From contig MU271689.1 of NCBI GenBank assembly GCA_021432655.1, forward strand, positions 1 through 32,095: a stretch of DNA of 32,095 nt, in the 5' to 3' direction. Below the pieces are notes generated by a model. It was given only the letters and a program-made list of their open reading frames with translations. It did not search any database and was not told the origin of the DNA. Every line of letters begins with the position of its first letter. Position 1 is the stretch's first letter. A program made the position numbers and the translations under genes. The DNA is from Atractiella rhizophila. Its lineage: Eukaryota. This document shows, in pieces, positions 10,391 through 22,679 of this stretch.

Positions 10391-13300
10391 ATGGATACCC
10401 CACTCAAGCCTTCTTCGTTACATACCAACGATCACGATCATGAAGGCCATGGAGAGTTGCCTGATGAGGATAACCAATTAGGCGCCAAATCGCAGGAAAT
10501 TCCATCAGTAGAACGTGACACAGTTCACACCGTCTCGGTGCTACAGTTGCATCCTCGACCCAGCCCATTTCTGGTCAAAGCGGCAATTCTAGCTCAGCAA
10601 CTTCGCGGCGTCTCACGTACCGCCGAGAGCCCATTTCCTTCGACGTTCCGACCCCAATAGCTATCTTATTCTTGGTCTCCTCCCATGTTCAAACTCCCAA
10701 ATCTTCAAAGTCCTGGAGAATGTCAAAAAGACAAACCGAATAAGTTCGAATCCTCGCCATCAACAACGGGGGCATCTGTACTGCCTCCACCCTTTACATG
10801 CTCCAAGTTGGAGACCTCCTTCAAGTTCCAGAGGGAGAAGACGCCCGGTCGTGCGATGTTTTCGATCTCATCTGCGGCACTTCCACGGGAGGGTGGATTG
10901 CCCTCATGCTCGGACGATTGGGAATGACTGTTTGAAAATGCATACGTGCATATGAGCAGATCGTACAGCAGGTTTTTTCCGTAGATGCTCTAATCTCGAG
11001 CGAAGGCAGGGTGTACTCCGCAAAGAAGCTCGAAGCCCTCTTCTTTGACATCATGGCACACTGCATTATCAGAACAATCGTCCCATCTTCCTATGAAGAA
11101 TGGCGATGTCGCAGATCGATGTAGAAGTTTCGTCGGCTCAAGATACGAATCAGACGCCGTCGTTTTGACAGAGGTGCGCACGTAGGACGTCCGCCATTTT
11201 CGCGTCCGCCATTCACCTCGCTTTGCTGCTAAATGTGTGGTGGGAAAGGCAGCAAGAGCACTGCACCTTCCTCTGATTGACTTCTTCCATCCTATCGTCA
11301 TTCACCATAGGAAAAAATAACCCAGCAGCATTAGCGATTGAGGAGTTAAAGAGGATTTGGGGATAAAGAAGCGAAGGAGCCTGTCTTGTATCTTTGGCGT
11401 CAGGGCTCGCTCAGGCTGTCCCATTGCGTCATACGATAGCTGAGATTGAGGGGACTGTGAAGGCCTTCATTGAGGATGGCTCCCGCGTGGCGAATCAGGT
11501 GAAAATGATGATGCAAGAACAACGTCTGGGACATCGCTACCATCGCTTTTCCGTCCATATGGTGGGAAGCATAAATGGGAATGGGATCGAACCCAGGCTG
11601 TCGTCGACCGTACGAAGGCGTATATGGATGTGATGGGTCATGAAGCACATAATGCTGCTGACCACTTCGTACAAGGTTTGATCTATCACCTCTTGTTTCG
11701 ATACCATGTCGATGTTCTGATGAGTGAACGGATTGCAGTCCGTCGGAGGTTTCCGTTACCGCCTCCAGGATCTTGCTTCGGGCGAGAGACTGAGATCCAA
11801 CTTGCCAGAGAACCTATCCTTAACGCCCGCCGCGTCGGGATTGTCGGTGGAGCTGGAAATGGAAAATCCACCGTGGCGCTCGACATCCTGCACTCAGAGG
11901 AGATCAAGCTGGCCTTCGCAGGTACTCGAGAAGACCGCTTCTGGGTTCGCTGCGACACATTGACAACTTTTCCAGGCTTGGACCACATTTGCAAAGATAT
12001 CTTCGGTTTGTCCCAGTCTAGCAAGACCTCACTTGAGAATGTGGCCACCTACTTCAGAAGTCGGAAAATATCTTCTTGTTTTGGATTACTTTGAAGCTCC
12101 TCTGGTTGCTGACAACGACAAAAAGGAACACTTGTTCGAACACCTCTTTCAGACAGCCCATTTAGGTCAGTGCTCGTCGTGGTGCATCGGGGAGATCGAG
12201 CAGAACCGTTATGCGTGCAAGGGAAGGCGGGTATGAAGTTTGTCAAAGTCTCAGTGGGTGGTTGGCGGAAGAGCATGCGTTGGAACTCTTTGAAGGTTTA
12301 TATCAGGGAAAAGCTGCGTTCTCATGACCACGGCTATTAAACAGCTGGATTTCCATGCTCCACGCTCTAGGTGTGAACGAGGATTCAACCATGACACTCG
12401 AACAATTGGCAAACAAGTGGAAGGAGAAAACGACGTGTGTAGCTGTTTTTCGGGGTGAAGATAGCGATAAAGCCATCACCCTCAATAACTCCATATCGTC
12501 CTGCCTCTATTATCCAGCTCTCCAAAAGCAGGGGGAGTGCGGGTTATTTGCTCTGCTGTTGTGAGCTCCTGACGGTGGGAATAAAGCGTTTCTTTCTTCA
12601 GTCTCGCCAGTATTCCAAACAAGTATAGAACCTCATCCCATTCAAGAAATGTATTGCTCACATTTCCAATGTGTGATAGTGTTCGAGTCCACTTTCAAAG
12701 AAAGTAACGGAAGCATCGGGAACCCAGCAACAGCGACCATTGTCAATACGTCTTATCGAACCTTTGCTGTATTTTTTCAATATATCCACACAACGTGAGA
12801 ATCGAGTTGCTTCATTCGGCAGATTAATCAGCTTTGTAGTGAGCTACAATTCCGAAACGAATCTTATGTTCAAGATGACGAAGAAAACGTATACCAAAAG
12901 GATGTGGAGGACAAAAACGACGTCTTAAGAGCTTATACAAAGTGGAATGAAGACATAACCCTTTGCGTCGACCAGGAGAAAGACGGCTGCGATCCCATCG
13001 AGCTCTATGTTCTAGCCGACACTGAGTCGTTGCCGTTTTCTTATCTCATTAACCTACGCGCAAGTTACAATTTGGGTAGCATACGAAGTCAAGGGTTTGC
13101 AGCAGCAGATTAGGGATCATCTGCATCAATTTCTCACCCCTCAGTCGGCATATGACGCGCTGTTTAGCACGCCTTCTCTCATTTTCCCTGAATTGAGGGC
13201 CGTGATAATGAGCTATGTTTCATAGAATTGGGTACACATATCATACCTTACCGTCACCGCCAACGTAATTACTGATTGGGATTTGGTGAGCAGCATGCAG

Positions 13301-13545
13301 TGCGCGAGACATCTGCAGTACTGAACCAGCAGATGTTTCCTTTGTCGCCCTTATCCGAATGCTACCATTTCTTTCCTCATAGCCTGGAAATCTGTTTGGA
13401 AGAGCAAAGGAAAACCGTTCAGATGATCAATAAGGCTTTGCAACGGGGGATCGCTGGCAGTCATTCCTATAATTCGTGTGGTTACTCGCAGCCCACACTA
13501 ACCCAAGATGCATCAGCTGTCGATGACCTTGAGGAAGAGTTCTGA
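10391..13545 (+). pseudogene. Patatin phospholipase-NB-ARC/STAND NTPase fungal NLR-like gene, decayed
   Basis: Patatin domain: VRILAINNGGICT (10744, degenerate DGGG), CDVFDLICGTSTGGWIALMLGRLGMTV* (GTSTG at 10876-10890), AARA.., NNPAALAIEELKRIW, CLVSLASG, YHRFSV. NTPase domain: CFGRETEI, Walker A GGAGNGKST (11846-11872), RFWVRCD, Walker B LLVLDYFE. There are multiple stops and frameshifts. Both outer ends are uncertain. Confidence 0.85.
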
Positions 13546-14599
13546 CTTTTATGCAGTTAAAGTGTTAGCTTAGTGCCAATATGCATTCAGCAGTGGCATT
13601 TAGAAAACAATTAATGATTCATATGATGTTTTGTTGTTTCCATCTAAACCCTTAAAGCAACATATTTACAAGAGAGATAGTCTATAAGGTCAGTATTGCA
13701 TGTGAAGTTTCAGAATGGGACACTTTGGTTGGGACTAGGCACTTCGTACTATATGTGCTAGCGAGGCATCTCACGTACCGACTAACTGATCTTGATGTTG
13801 AAGGAGATTGGAGACAAGAACCACACCTAATCTGACTACCACAAACCATGCACACAAGCCTCAGTTTGTAAGTGTGATGAAAATCCCCAGATATCCTTCC
13901 TGCAGAATGTCGAGATGGTTCAGGCCCAAGTTGGACAGTGTGTTGATGCGCAGCAGGCATGATTGATCTTTCTCCCTCGCTTATTTCGCTCAACATGGAT
14001 TCATAGGCTTCAGCCCAGTGACTTTTCTCCACGAATGACCAAGGGGGAAACTTTGATGTTAGACAAGGACGGTCAGAAAGCAGAGTGAATTGCACTCGCC
14101 CATCGTATCACCCCAGTAACATTGGAACGTGGCGTTCCCATCCACCTCTCAATTCTTTCATCTTTCCTTCCTCATCTACGCACAATGATTCACACACTCT
14201 GGATCACGTTTTTCTTGCCACTTCGGTTCTGGAGCTACGATTATGCGCCATCGAAATCGTCCTACTTCTCTCTTGAATGTCTCGAAAATGCTATCAAATC
14301 CTACTGTGCAATGAATCTTTACATTACTTTGATGGAGAAAAGTCTTACGGTAACTTCCGAGGATACCAAACATTCTGAATGCATGGATTCGGACGACGTG
14401 TCTTTGAAGTCCTTCACATGCACTCTTCACCTTGCAGATAATCGCTCCAGTCCATTTTCGACCCCATCGCCCGATATTCCAAGGAGGAACAGCGTTTCGT
14501 TCCTATCTGCGAATGGGAGGAATCAACCATCTCATCCAGTAGTCTGGGAACCACCATCCAACTCTCCCTCTCCGCAACTCGAACTCAAGGGATTAGCTC

Positions 14600-15744
14600 A
14601 TGCACGTAAAGCTCCCTAGCGAGATCGTCTTCGAGTTCTTATCGTTAGGTAAATACGAAGAACCAACCGAAGCTGTCGCTGATAAACATAAATATCTCGT
14701 TTCCTTTCTCCGAGTTTCTGCAGTCTGTCAGCTCTGGAAGGCTGTTGCACCCCCTTATTTGGATGATTTTGTTTATGTGGAGGAGTTGCAGGCTCACTTG
14801 AAAGCCTATCCTAATGCCGGACGTTTGCGGACGTCCCTTCACTTAGGTAGAGGTGGTTATGGTGTTGAGATGGCGAAAGACGTCATTCACAGGCACGCCG
14901 AATGTTAGGCAGGGCGTGGATGGATGCAATTTGGAATGAAGAAGACGCGAAGATTGTGTTGCATGCGATTGGTAACCTTTAACCAAGGGCTGAGAAAGTG
15001 GAAGAAGGAGGAGGTCGAGAATTTTATGTGGAGGACGAGTGGCAGGGTCAGATATTTCTTGGCTTCGGACGTCGAGGACTTTGCCGCTTCGATATTCCCA
15101 AGTCTTCAGTTACCTTCTAACCTCACATGGCTTTCACTTTATCACGACCCGCCTTTCCCATCGCTCACCCTCCCACGAACCCTCCAGCAGCTGTATCTCT
15201 CCCGCCTGTGTCCCCTCCGTCCCTCCGTCTCAGGCTCATTTCTGCCGCTTCTTCTAGATCATCACGCTAGCAGACTTATCACACCTTGCACATCTCACCT
15301 TCGTCGAACTCGATGGTGGACAGAAACTTCAAATCTAGTCTGCCCCCAGTTCTTCCACACCCTCAGAAATATGGAAAGATCTCCATCCTACCCACTCCGC
15401 TCGACTTATCACACCTTGAACATCTCGCCTTCCTCGAACTTGATGATGGGGAGGAAGCTTCAAATTTCATTTCCCCCCAGTTCTTTCACACCCTCAGAAA
15501 TGCAGAAGCGATAAAAGAGATAACTGTTCGGTACAGTGTGGTGGACTGGGAATTCACTGGGTTCGTATTCTCAGACTTCATCCGCTGGTTCTTTGGCGAC
15601 AGGGGGGTGCAGAAGGAGGGGCATGCGGTGGACGAAGCTGAAAAGGTCGAAAGGATGAGACGACGCGAGTTGAGGGTTGAGCGGTTCTTTGGAGGGTGGC
15701 TTGAGGAAGAAATATGCAAAGATGCAAAGCCTGGAGCGGCTTGA
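14600..15744 (+). pseudogene. F-box / LRR-like protein, frameshifted
   Basis: KLPSEIVFEFL...LRVSAVCQLWKAVAPPYL is an F-box-like motif. LPSNLTWLSL, LPRTLQQLYL and LSHLEHLAFLEL are LRR-like. The gene is split over three ORFs. Confidence 0.7.
15273..15501 (+). repeat. Diverged internal tandem duplication (~98 bp aligned, 130-bp period)
   Basis: GACTTATCACACCTTG...CCCCCAGTTCTTYCACACCCTCAGAAAT occurs at 15273-15370 and 15403-15501. Confidence 0.85.
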
Positions 15745-16007
15745 GAGAGTTTGGGGTGGACAAGGGGAATGGCCGCACATGGGTTCGGAGTGACACTGAA
15801 GGTTTCTCAGGTATTTGCTCGAGTTCTAGCGAAGATATGACAGCATTGAAAATGGGTGACTAAGGACAGGGCAAGAATCTGTTCAGGATGATGCCATCTA
15901 TACATTTCCCCACGCCGTTCGACGGATAACATCTTACAAAGCTCCCTCCCTCTTGTGAGGAATCTTCGAATCTGTCACAGTTAGAATACAATCCTCCTTA
16001 TACAAAA

Positions 16008-17010
16008 CTAGTGTGTCAACGGCCTTCATCCCTCAGGCACCCAACCCATTTGCAAGGGGCATGGCCCCTTGAACCCTACTGTGACTCTTGTGGAGGGTTC
16101 AAGTCCCAGTCCAGTGAGAAATGCATTTTTCCCCCTTCAGAATAAAATTTCCTCGCAGCTTCAGAAAGGCACAAGCATATGCAGTAAGATGGTGTAATTC
16201 ATTTTATTTCAATGTGCCTAGTGAGGGAGGTATGAAGGCTCAGAAGTGCGTTTTATGACTCATGCCAAGAACTGATGAATCTTAGAAGAATAGATAGACA
16301 AGTATGTCAGTGCCCTCATCCCTCAGGCATCCTCCCCGGCCAGGTGCTTTGCCCCTTGGACCCCAGCCTCCGGTGGCCACTGCGTTGAGCTCTTGCCGCT
16401 GGCAGCCATTGCACGGGGCCTTGCCTTCGGCGAGCACATATATATATGGGTTTTGGTATGAATCTGTATGATGTCATTATAGGTCTGTCTACATGGATCC
16501 AATTGTGAAAATTTAAAAACTTCTCTATACACTATATTTTCCGTCCTCCTATTCTCTATCCCTTGCACTTGGTATAAATAAAATCCAAGATTCTTAGCAT
16601 TCGAAACGCTAGAAAGTCCTACGTAAAGTTGCCCATGTGCAAAAACTGGTGTGTCCAAATACAATCCAACAATCTCCACTGACTGGCCTTGTGACTTGTT
16701 GATGGTGAGACAGAAAGCAAATTTACAGGGAATTGAAACTGGTGTAAGGTAAACGGGAATGAATTGGAGACCTTGCTATCCAATGCAATGTGTGGGATGA
16801 GGACTGAGGTGCCCATGAATCTGCCTGTAATGATGGTAGTATCAATGACATGCGAGAGCAGCTGGGTGATAGACACCTTTCTGGAGAAAGAGTACTGCCA
16901 AGCTCATCTTGACTGTTACTACAAGTTGAGTGATTACCATTATTGATCTGACCTCTCTCCATATTACATTTATATGATTAGTGTGTCATTTCTCAAACCC
17001 CACAAAGCTG
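16008..17010 (-). mobile_element. Helitron 3' remnant (Pif1-like helicase C-terminus plus 3' end)
   Basis: GLRNDTLII, VLIPHIAL, FPFTLHQFQFPV, AFCLTINKSQGQS, VGLYLDTPVFAHGQLYVGLS and TENIVYREV. The minus-strand terminus is CTAG|T at 16008, with hairpin CAAGGGGC-CAT-GCCCCTTG upstream. The region is CpG-depleted. Confidence 0.9.
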
Positions 17011-17021
17011 GCAACTAACAG

Positions 17022-17514
17022 ATGTGCGGAATAGTATGTGATCCATTTCTCAGTGTCTCTTTTCTTGATTCCTCTGTGTTCGACTTGGAGCAAGAACAGA
17101 TCGAGCAACATAAAAGGAACTTCATTGATCTCTTCCGCTACCACTACTGCAAAGTTCCCAGCACACCATGCAACTCACTCCATCTCAACCGCACAAACCG
17201 ATGAAACAGATCATGCATCTGACAGCCAATTTTCTTGCTGCAATTGGGCACGGTCCAACACCAGGACCTGATGAGGATGTAGTAATGAGGGTGATCAACT
17301 GTTGTTTAGGCATGAGCCCTTACCATGGGAAGCCGATCCATTAGCATTTTGGAAGTACGAGTCAACCTACAACATCAGCACTTTCCTGGGCAACGTCTAT
17401 GGTGCTATAAGCCCTATCATAGCTCATAGGCATTTTGTCACCTAGGCTCTATGGTAGACCCTCTATAGTGCCATAGGAAGGGTGCCCTATGGGCCATATT
17501 GTACAATGGCACTA
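17022..17514 (+). mobile_element. hAT transposon remnant (transposase fragment plus putative 3' end)
   Basis: GIVCDPFLSVSF..FIDLFRYHY and EPLPWEADPLAFWK resemble hAT (LDPR; DPLxWWK). A cluster of CTATAG/CTATGG/CATAG motifs at 17397-17500 ends in CACTA (reverse complement TAGTG, hAT-like). Confidence 0.45.
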
Positions 17515-18069
17515 TGCCTGTGACTCACTGTCTTACTGGTTTGTTCTCAAGCTCATGCCATAAAAATGCTTTAAAAATCATTGTATTGTTGACACAAATA
17601 TACTTTGGTAATGTATACACTGTCGTCACACTATCAAAAGGGGGTTGTATCATCCACACCGACAGAGACCACTTACCAAGTGTCCAGGGTTATGGGAAAA
17701 CAGTATTGAAGCATTCATCTCAGGCTTCGATGCGGGACCTGGCATGTTGAACCATTGCTGTGAGTCATGGAACAAGGTTGCGAAAGGGAGATCTTGACCT
17801 CTCCACACTAAGGGATTCACTTTAAAACCATTCACATAGTACTCACCTCAATACCATAAATGCTTCTTGTCCCCAATCCAATTACATGCTTAGATAACGA
17901 TGACTGTTTGAAGGGCATGTGAGTGAGAAAGGAGTGAACTTACAGCGAGAGCAACTCTCCCTGCTCGAGTTGCTGGAGGTCAAGAAAAGTAGCTAGACTA
18001 GTGCGAGAGTGTTGGGAGGTGGGAGGACAAGCGGAGAATAAAGTTGATGTGACAAACATCATTGAAGGG

Positions 18070-20116
18070 ATGAATGTTCGACATCGACAGTTTGCCGCAA
18101 GTTGAACTTGGATTTTTTTACCTCTTGGAATGAGCCCCTCGGGCGACCTCAGGCAGAATGCGGTGAGTCATTCTGGTTCTCCAGTAGGTTGTGGGTTCTC
18201 AATCAGAAAGCAGACATGGACAAGACAACATGACTTTCGCCGAGGATGGATGGCAGGTTCGCTGGTCTCATCAAATTGCAATTCTTGCTCCTGACGCAAA
18301 GCCCGCTGCTTTGCTCATGACCTAGCTGAGGACAAGCCTTCAGTCGAAGAGAAGATACAATGCTGCAGAAACACCGAAGCTTCTTATTTCCTTCACCCTG
18401 AGTGATGCAGTGTTAGATGTTGTTGGGAAGACGGACAAGCTCTTTATTGTGGAGGTGCGCCGTGCAGTCTTCTTGTCTTCTTTACCGACCGAAAGATGCA
18501 GATGCACAGACTTGACAACAACAGAGTAAGTGCTCGGATGGTGGGAAAGTGGAATGTTATACTTCGGAAGAGGGATGTGGCGCCCGAAGATATCAAGACG
18601 AGAAGAGAAACCAGAGCCTCGGAGCAGTGGAACGTGACGGTGGATGCTAACCTCATAGAAGTTCGTAACCTTCTGCTTTGCCTCACCTCTCTTGATCGCA
18701 CCCCTTCTTCTCCATATCGCGCAAAGCAATCAGGTATATCTACTCACGATTTATGGAATAGGATCCAATAGGCATTACAGTTTACGTCTGCTCGCTCGAC
18801 AACTTCATCGAGAACGAGGCTCGTCAATCCGAAGAGCTACATAAGCGAATCAACAATAACCTCAACATCTTTGACGATCCGCTCTATTCCGATATCGTTT
18901 TTGTCTTTCCCAACAGAGACGGTGCACGGAAAGGGATGAACTTGTTCGCGAGTTCCAAATTATTGATGGGGCTCTCCAACTATTTTTCAGATGAGTATGT
19001 GGCCGGTTCTTCCAACCTCTCCACATAGACGGCTTATTACAACGTTAGTGTTTGGCTCGGACGGCTTCGCAGAATCCACTTCCACCGCTCCGCCTCCTGC
19101 CGCTCCTCCTACCAACATCGAATCTGAAGTAGCAGAGGACGATTCGGATGCTGAGCGAGACGTGGTGGAACAACGCTCTTACGTTCGTCTCTCTTTCCTG
19201 ACTTTGGCTGACACGGACGGACGGGATGAAACAGGTCGCCAAACCCCTTCCTCGTCTCACGGAGACATACAAATTCATCCCGATCCTTCACACTTGCTAT
19301 TCGACGTACAAAGCAGTCCTCTGGTACCTCTTCAGCGGGTCGATCGATTTCGCCACGCTTTCATCCATTGCGCAGGCTGACAGGATTGTTGGCGCTGATG
19401 CTTCGTATGCGCCGAAAGTCGAGACATCGGAGAGAAAGAACCTCAAGCGAAAGAGGTATGTGCAGGACGCACCACGGGACATAATTCCCAAAGGTACCCT
19501 TTCATCATCGTAACCGTGCGCAATGAGCTGATTGGTGCAGGTATCAAGCAGGGGATCATCCCCGTGTCACCAAAGTCGGTTTTTAAGATTGCCCATGGTG
19601 TGTTCTCTCTCCGCCCCTTCCTTTTCCCTGAAGAGACTCATGGAAGCTTCGTTTCCAAGCGTATGAGATCGGCTCGCTTAAAACAGCCGCACTGAAGAAC
19701 CTTGAATCTCAACTGACGCCTCATAACGTACTTCTCGAACTTTTGTCCGATTGCTCAAACACCTACGAGGAGGTGAGGGGCGTTCATATACGCTATCTGG
19801 TTAAGCATTGGGTTAGTCTGTCTCCTTATTCCTATTGAGAAGCTGAGCGGTAGTTCTTCCTTTTGAGGCGTCTGTCCGTGCCTCTCCTGTCGCCTCCAAT
19901 GTTGCCAAGGAACATGAAGTGTTTCTGTTCAGCCTCTTTCAAGAGGTCATGGACTTTTCCACAAAGTTCATTGGCGAGGAGCTGGCGAGAGCGACAAGGC
20001 TGGTTAGGATGGAGACCCAAGGGAAAAGCCCCCCAGTGAGGCGTACCAGGTGGCCGGCTGAAGAAGAAGAAGAAGAAGAAGAAGACGAAGAAGAAGAAGA
20101 AGAAGAAGAGCGGTAA
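18070..20116 (+). CDS. Multi-exon BTB/POZ-domain protein with poly-Glu tail (possibly disrupted)
   Basis: FDDPLYSDIVFVF..LFASSKLL..SNYF..FGSDGFAES; CYSTYKAVLWYLFSGSIDFA; PVSPKSVFKIAH|AYEIGSLKTAALKNLESQLTPHNVLLELLS. Canonical short introns are present. There is an apparent extra T at 18983-18987, and the 5' end is uncertain. Confidence 0.8.
20060..20110 (+). repeat. (GAA)n microsatellite encoding poly-Glu
   Basis: 17 codons of GAA with one GAC and a final GAG, at the end of the BTB gene. Confidence 0.95.
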
Positions 20117-21949
20117 ACTCTCCAGAGCCCAGATGCAGCAATTGGGTTCATGAAGCATATATCAACGATGTTGTGGTGCTGGCGCCAATTAGTGTTGGAT
20201 CATCAATACGTTTGTTTTCTCAGCTTTTGCTAGGGTTTGCCACAGGTTTTGTCCACATCACTTGCAGTCTCTTTCTTCCATTCTGTCAGCAAAACTGGAG
20301 TGCCCTCTGAAGGTTCGCGCTACTTAGTTTGTTTGTTACCTCTCCTCTTCGTAAAAGTCGCAATTTTTATACAATAGGCAATTCTAAATTTTCGAACGCT
20401 ATCATCCCCACGTAGCTGCCAGCAATCGAAAGCGGCCGCAGTTGATAAAACAACTTCCTCATCGACGAGACGAGCGGGTTATCTCGGGGAAATGACTCGG
20501 GACTCGGTCCAGGGTTGTGATTGGATGTTCACGACACAGTAGACCAGGATTTTCAAACCGGAGGGTGACTGTGACGGCCTCCCAGAAAGTGGACCCAGAC
20601 ATTTTAACCCAGAGGACCATTTGGTCACGGCAACAGTCACGGCTCGAACATCTCGCCAATCCATTCCAACCTCCCCTCTTTCTCCTTCCCTTCCGAGTCA
20701 GTAAGGCTTGGACACGCGGGTAACAGTCCCAAGTCCAGACCGCCATACGCCCCTGTACTCGTAGACGGGGACCCCGCCCCGCGAGGAACCGTGCAAGGAG
20801 GCGAGGAGCGCACGGGGTTGGCACGGGGAGCAGCATTTAGCTAAGCCAAAATTCAATGAAGCAAAGCGGAAGGCGGTTTGCTCTTGACTGTAAGCAAATG
20901 GATATCCAATCCAGCTTTCAAAGTTAAGAGAACGAGGAATGGTGATTCCATTGGTACACGACACCTCGCTCTGCCTGGAGAGTGTGTCATGGAGTGAATG
21001 TCTTTTCGGACGAAATGGAAGCCACGAGAGACGCCCGTCGTGAGAAGAGCCATCCCGGCGTCTTCACTCTCACTCACCCTCACGCCTCTCTCCCTCGTCA
21101 ACGTTCCTCATTTCGCTGTCCACCAATCCTCCGCCTTTTTCCACGCCGGCCTCGTTGCAGCTTTCCTTCTGCTTGCAGTGTATTCCTATTCTCCCTCCTC
21201 TGTCCCTAGCACAAGTGTCCTAGCTGACATGCGCACGAAGTCCCTTGCCCCGCTGCTCCCTTTCCAGTAATCCCGGAAGCTAACTACCTCAGGAACGCGC
21301 CGGAACGGGATGATCACACACCCCAAACCCTGGAGCATCACCAAGGAGAAAGCGACCAAGGTGAAGTGAGCGACCCGCTAAGAATGACTTTTGCGCCGGG
21401 TGTGGCATGGCCTATCCAACTACAGTTGGAACAGATGCAAAGAAGAAGCCACAGTCCTTGAAGGCGCCGCAAGAGGTAGGTAGAACCTACCTCGTAACGG
21501 TCGCTTATATTTCTCCAGAAGCTCGGGAGGGCATCAGAGCGTCAAAGCACTCGTCGTCGCTTCAAGTAATGAACAGATGTGCACATTCTTTTCCTGCCCG
21601 AGGACTCAACGACGGAACAGTCTGTGCCCGAGGCAGGAATGTAAGCTCCTGCGCGATAGCAAGTATAGCAGTGTTTGCAGTATTCTCCCTGACGAGTATT
21701 TGAGGCTGCGAGGTTCACAAAGTAAGAAAAGCCTGTTACATCAAGATGTAAAGTGCTCGCCTCCTGGGAGGCTAGGTTGTGGACTCACGGCTAAGGAGTT
21801 GGAATGAGTTGGGGGGATTTGTTTGGTGGAATCGCGAGATTGTGGGAAAATGAAATTTGAATTCATTCAAATCGCCATCTCGACTAGGAATTGGGTGGGC
21901 TAACTAGCGAGCATGAGAAGTCACTATTCAGTAATAACTCATCAAGTCG

Positions 21950-22480
21950 CATAATCTCTTCAGCGGGTCGCCTCCCTCAAAGTACGCCTTGTAATGTGCA
22001 GCTCTTGGTGCGCATGTTTTGATATGGTTCTGCTCCCACAATGATCAAAACAGATCGCACTAGTGAGTATTTACCCTGATGACGGAGGGCTTCTTGGTCA
22101 AGAAAGTAACGCGACATCCCACACATTGTTGCTACTTCAGCCAAAAATTGAAGTCCACGTCTGGTTTGACTTCTATTCCGTTACGAAAGACATGGTAGAA
22201 AGTCCTTTGCCCAACCATAAGCAAGGGCTCCCGGCCGCACTCTGGGGCAAATGTGCATGTTTCGAAATGTTGTGATACAAATGGGTCTTCTGCTTGAATC
22301 AAGTTCACAAGTCTGCTTTCCGAGACAAGGATTTGAACTTCATGCGCGAAGTAGGTGACATAAGTGTTATTGAGTGTGACAACGTGAGACATGATGACCT
22401 TGGAGGAACATAAAACAAGTTTAAAGGTGGAGGAGAGGTTAGGCCAGACCAAGTTGCTCCCCTTTTTAAAGCCTAAGCCA
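21950..22480 (-). pseudogene. Unidentified gene fragment
   Basis: A 106-aa ORF (22132-22452) with protein-like composition. Its frame continues past a stop to a GTAAAT donor near 22073. No recognisable motif. Confidence 0.25.
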
Positions 22481-22679
22481 GACGTCGGCTGAACATTTGA
22501 AGTTCAGCGGGAGGGAGACGTAAGAGGAAGATGCATGTTGAACGTTGAACGAGAAGAGAAGCGAGAAACGGCGCGGTTTCGCAAGCCACGATAAATGTTC
22601 CAAACGTCAACGTCATCCATCTCACATCAGAGGGTCACATTTAACGTATTCATACTCAGGAGCAGGGAGAAGGAACGGC

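Noticed and set aside
13682..14619. ORFs of 137 and 165 aa, and a LIFLP stretch reminiscent of Tc1
   Set aside because: There is no YSPDxNPIE continuation or other recognisable motif, so they are left unassigned.
19832..20158. Poly-Phe and poly-Ser ORFs on the minus strand
   Set aside because: Antisense readings of the GAA repeat in the BTB gene.
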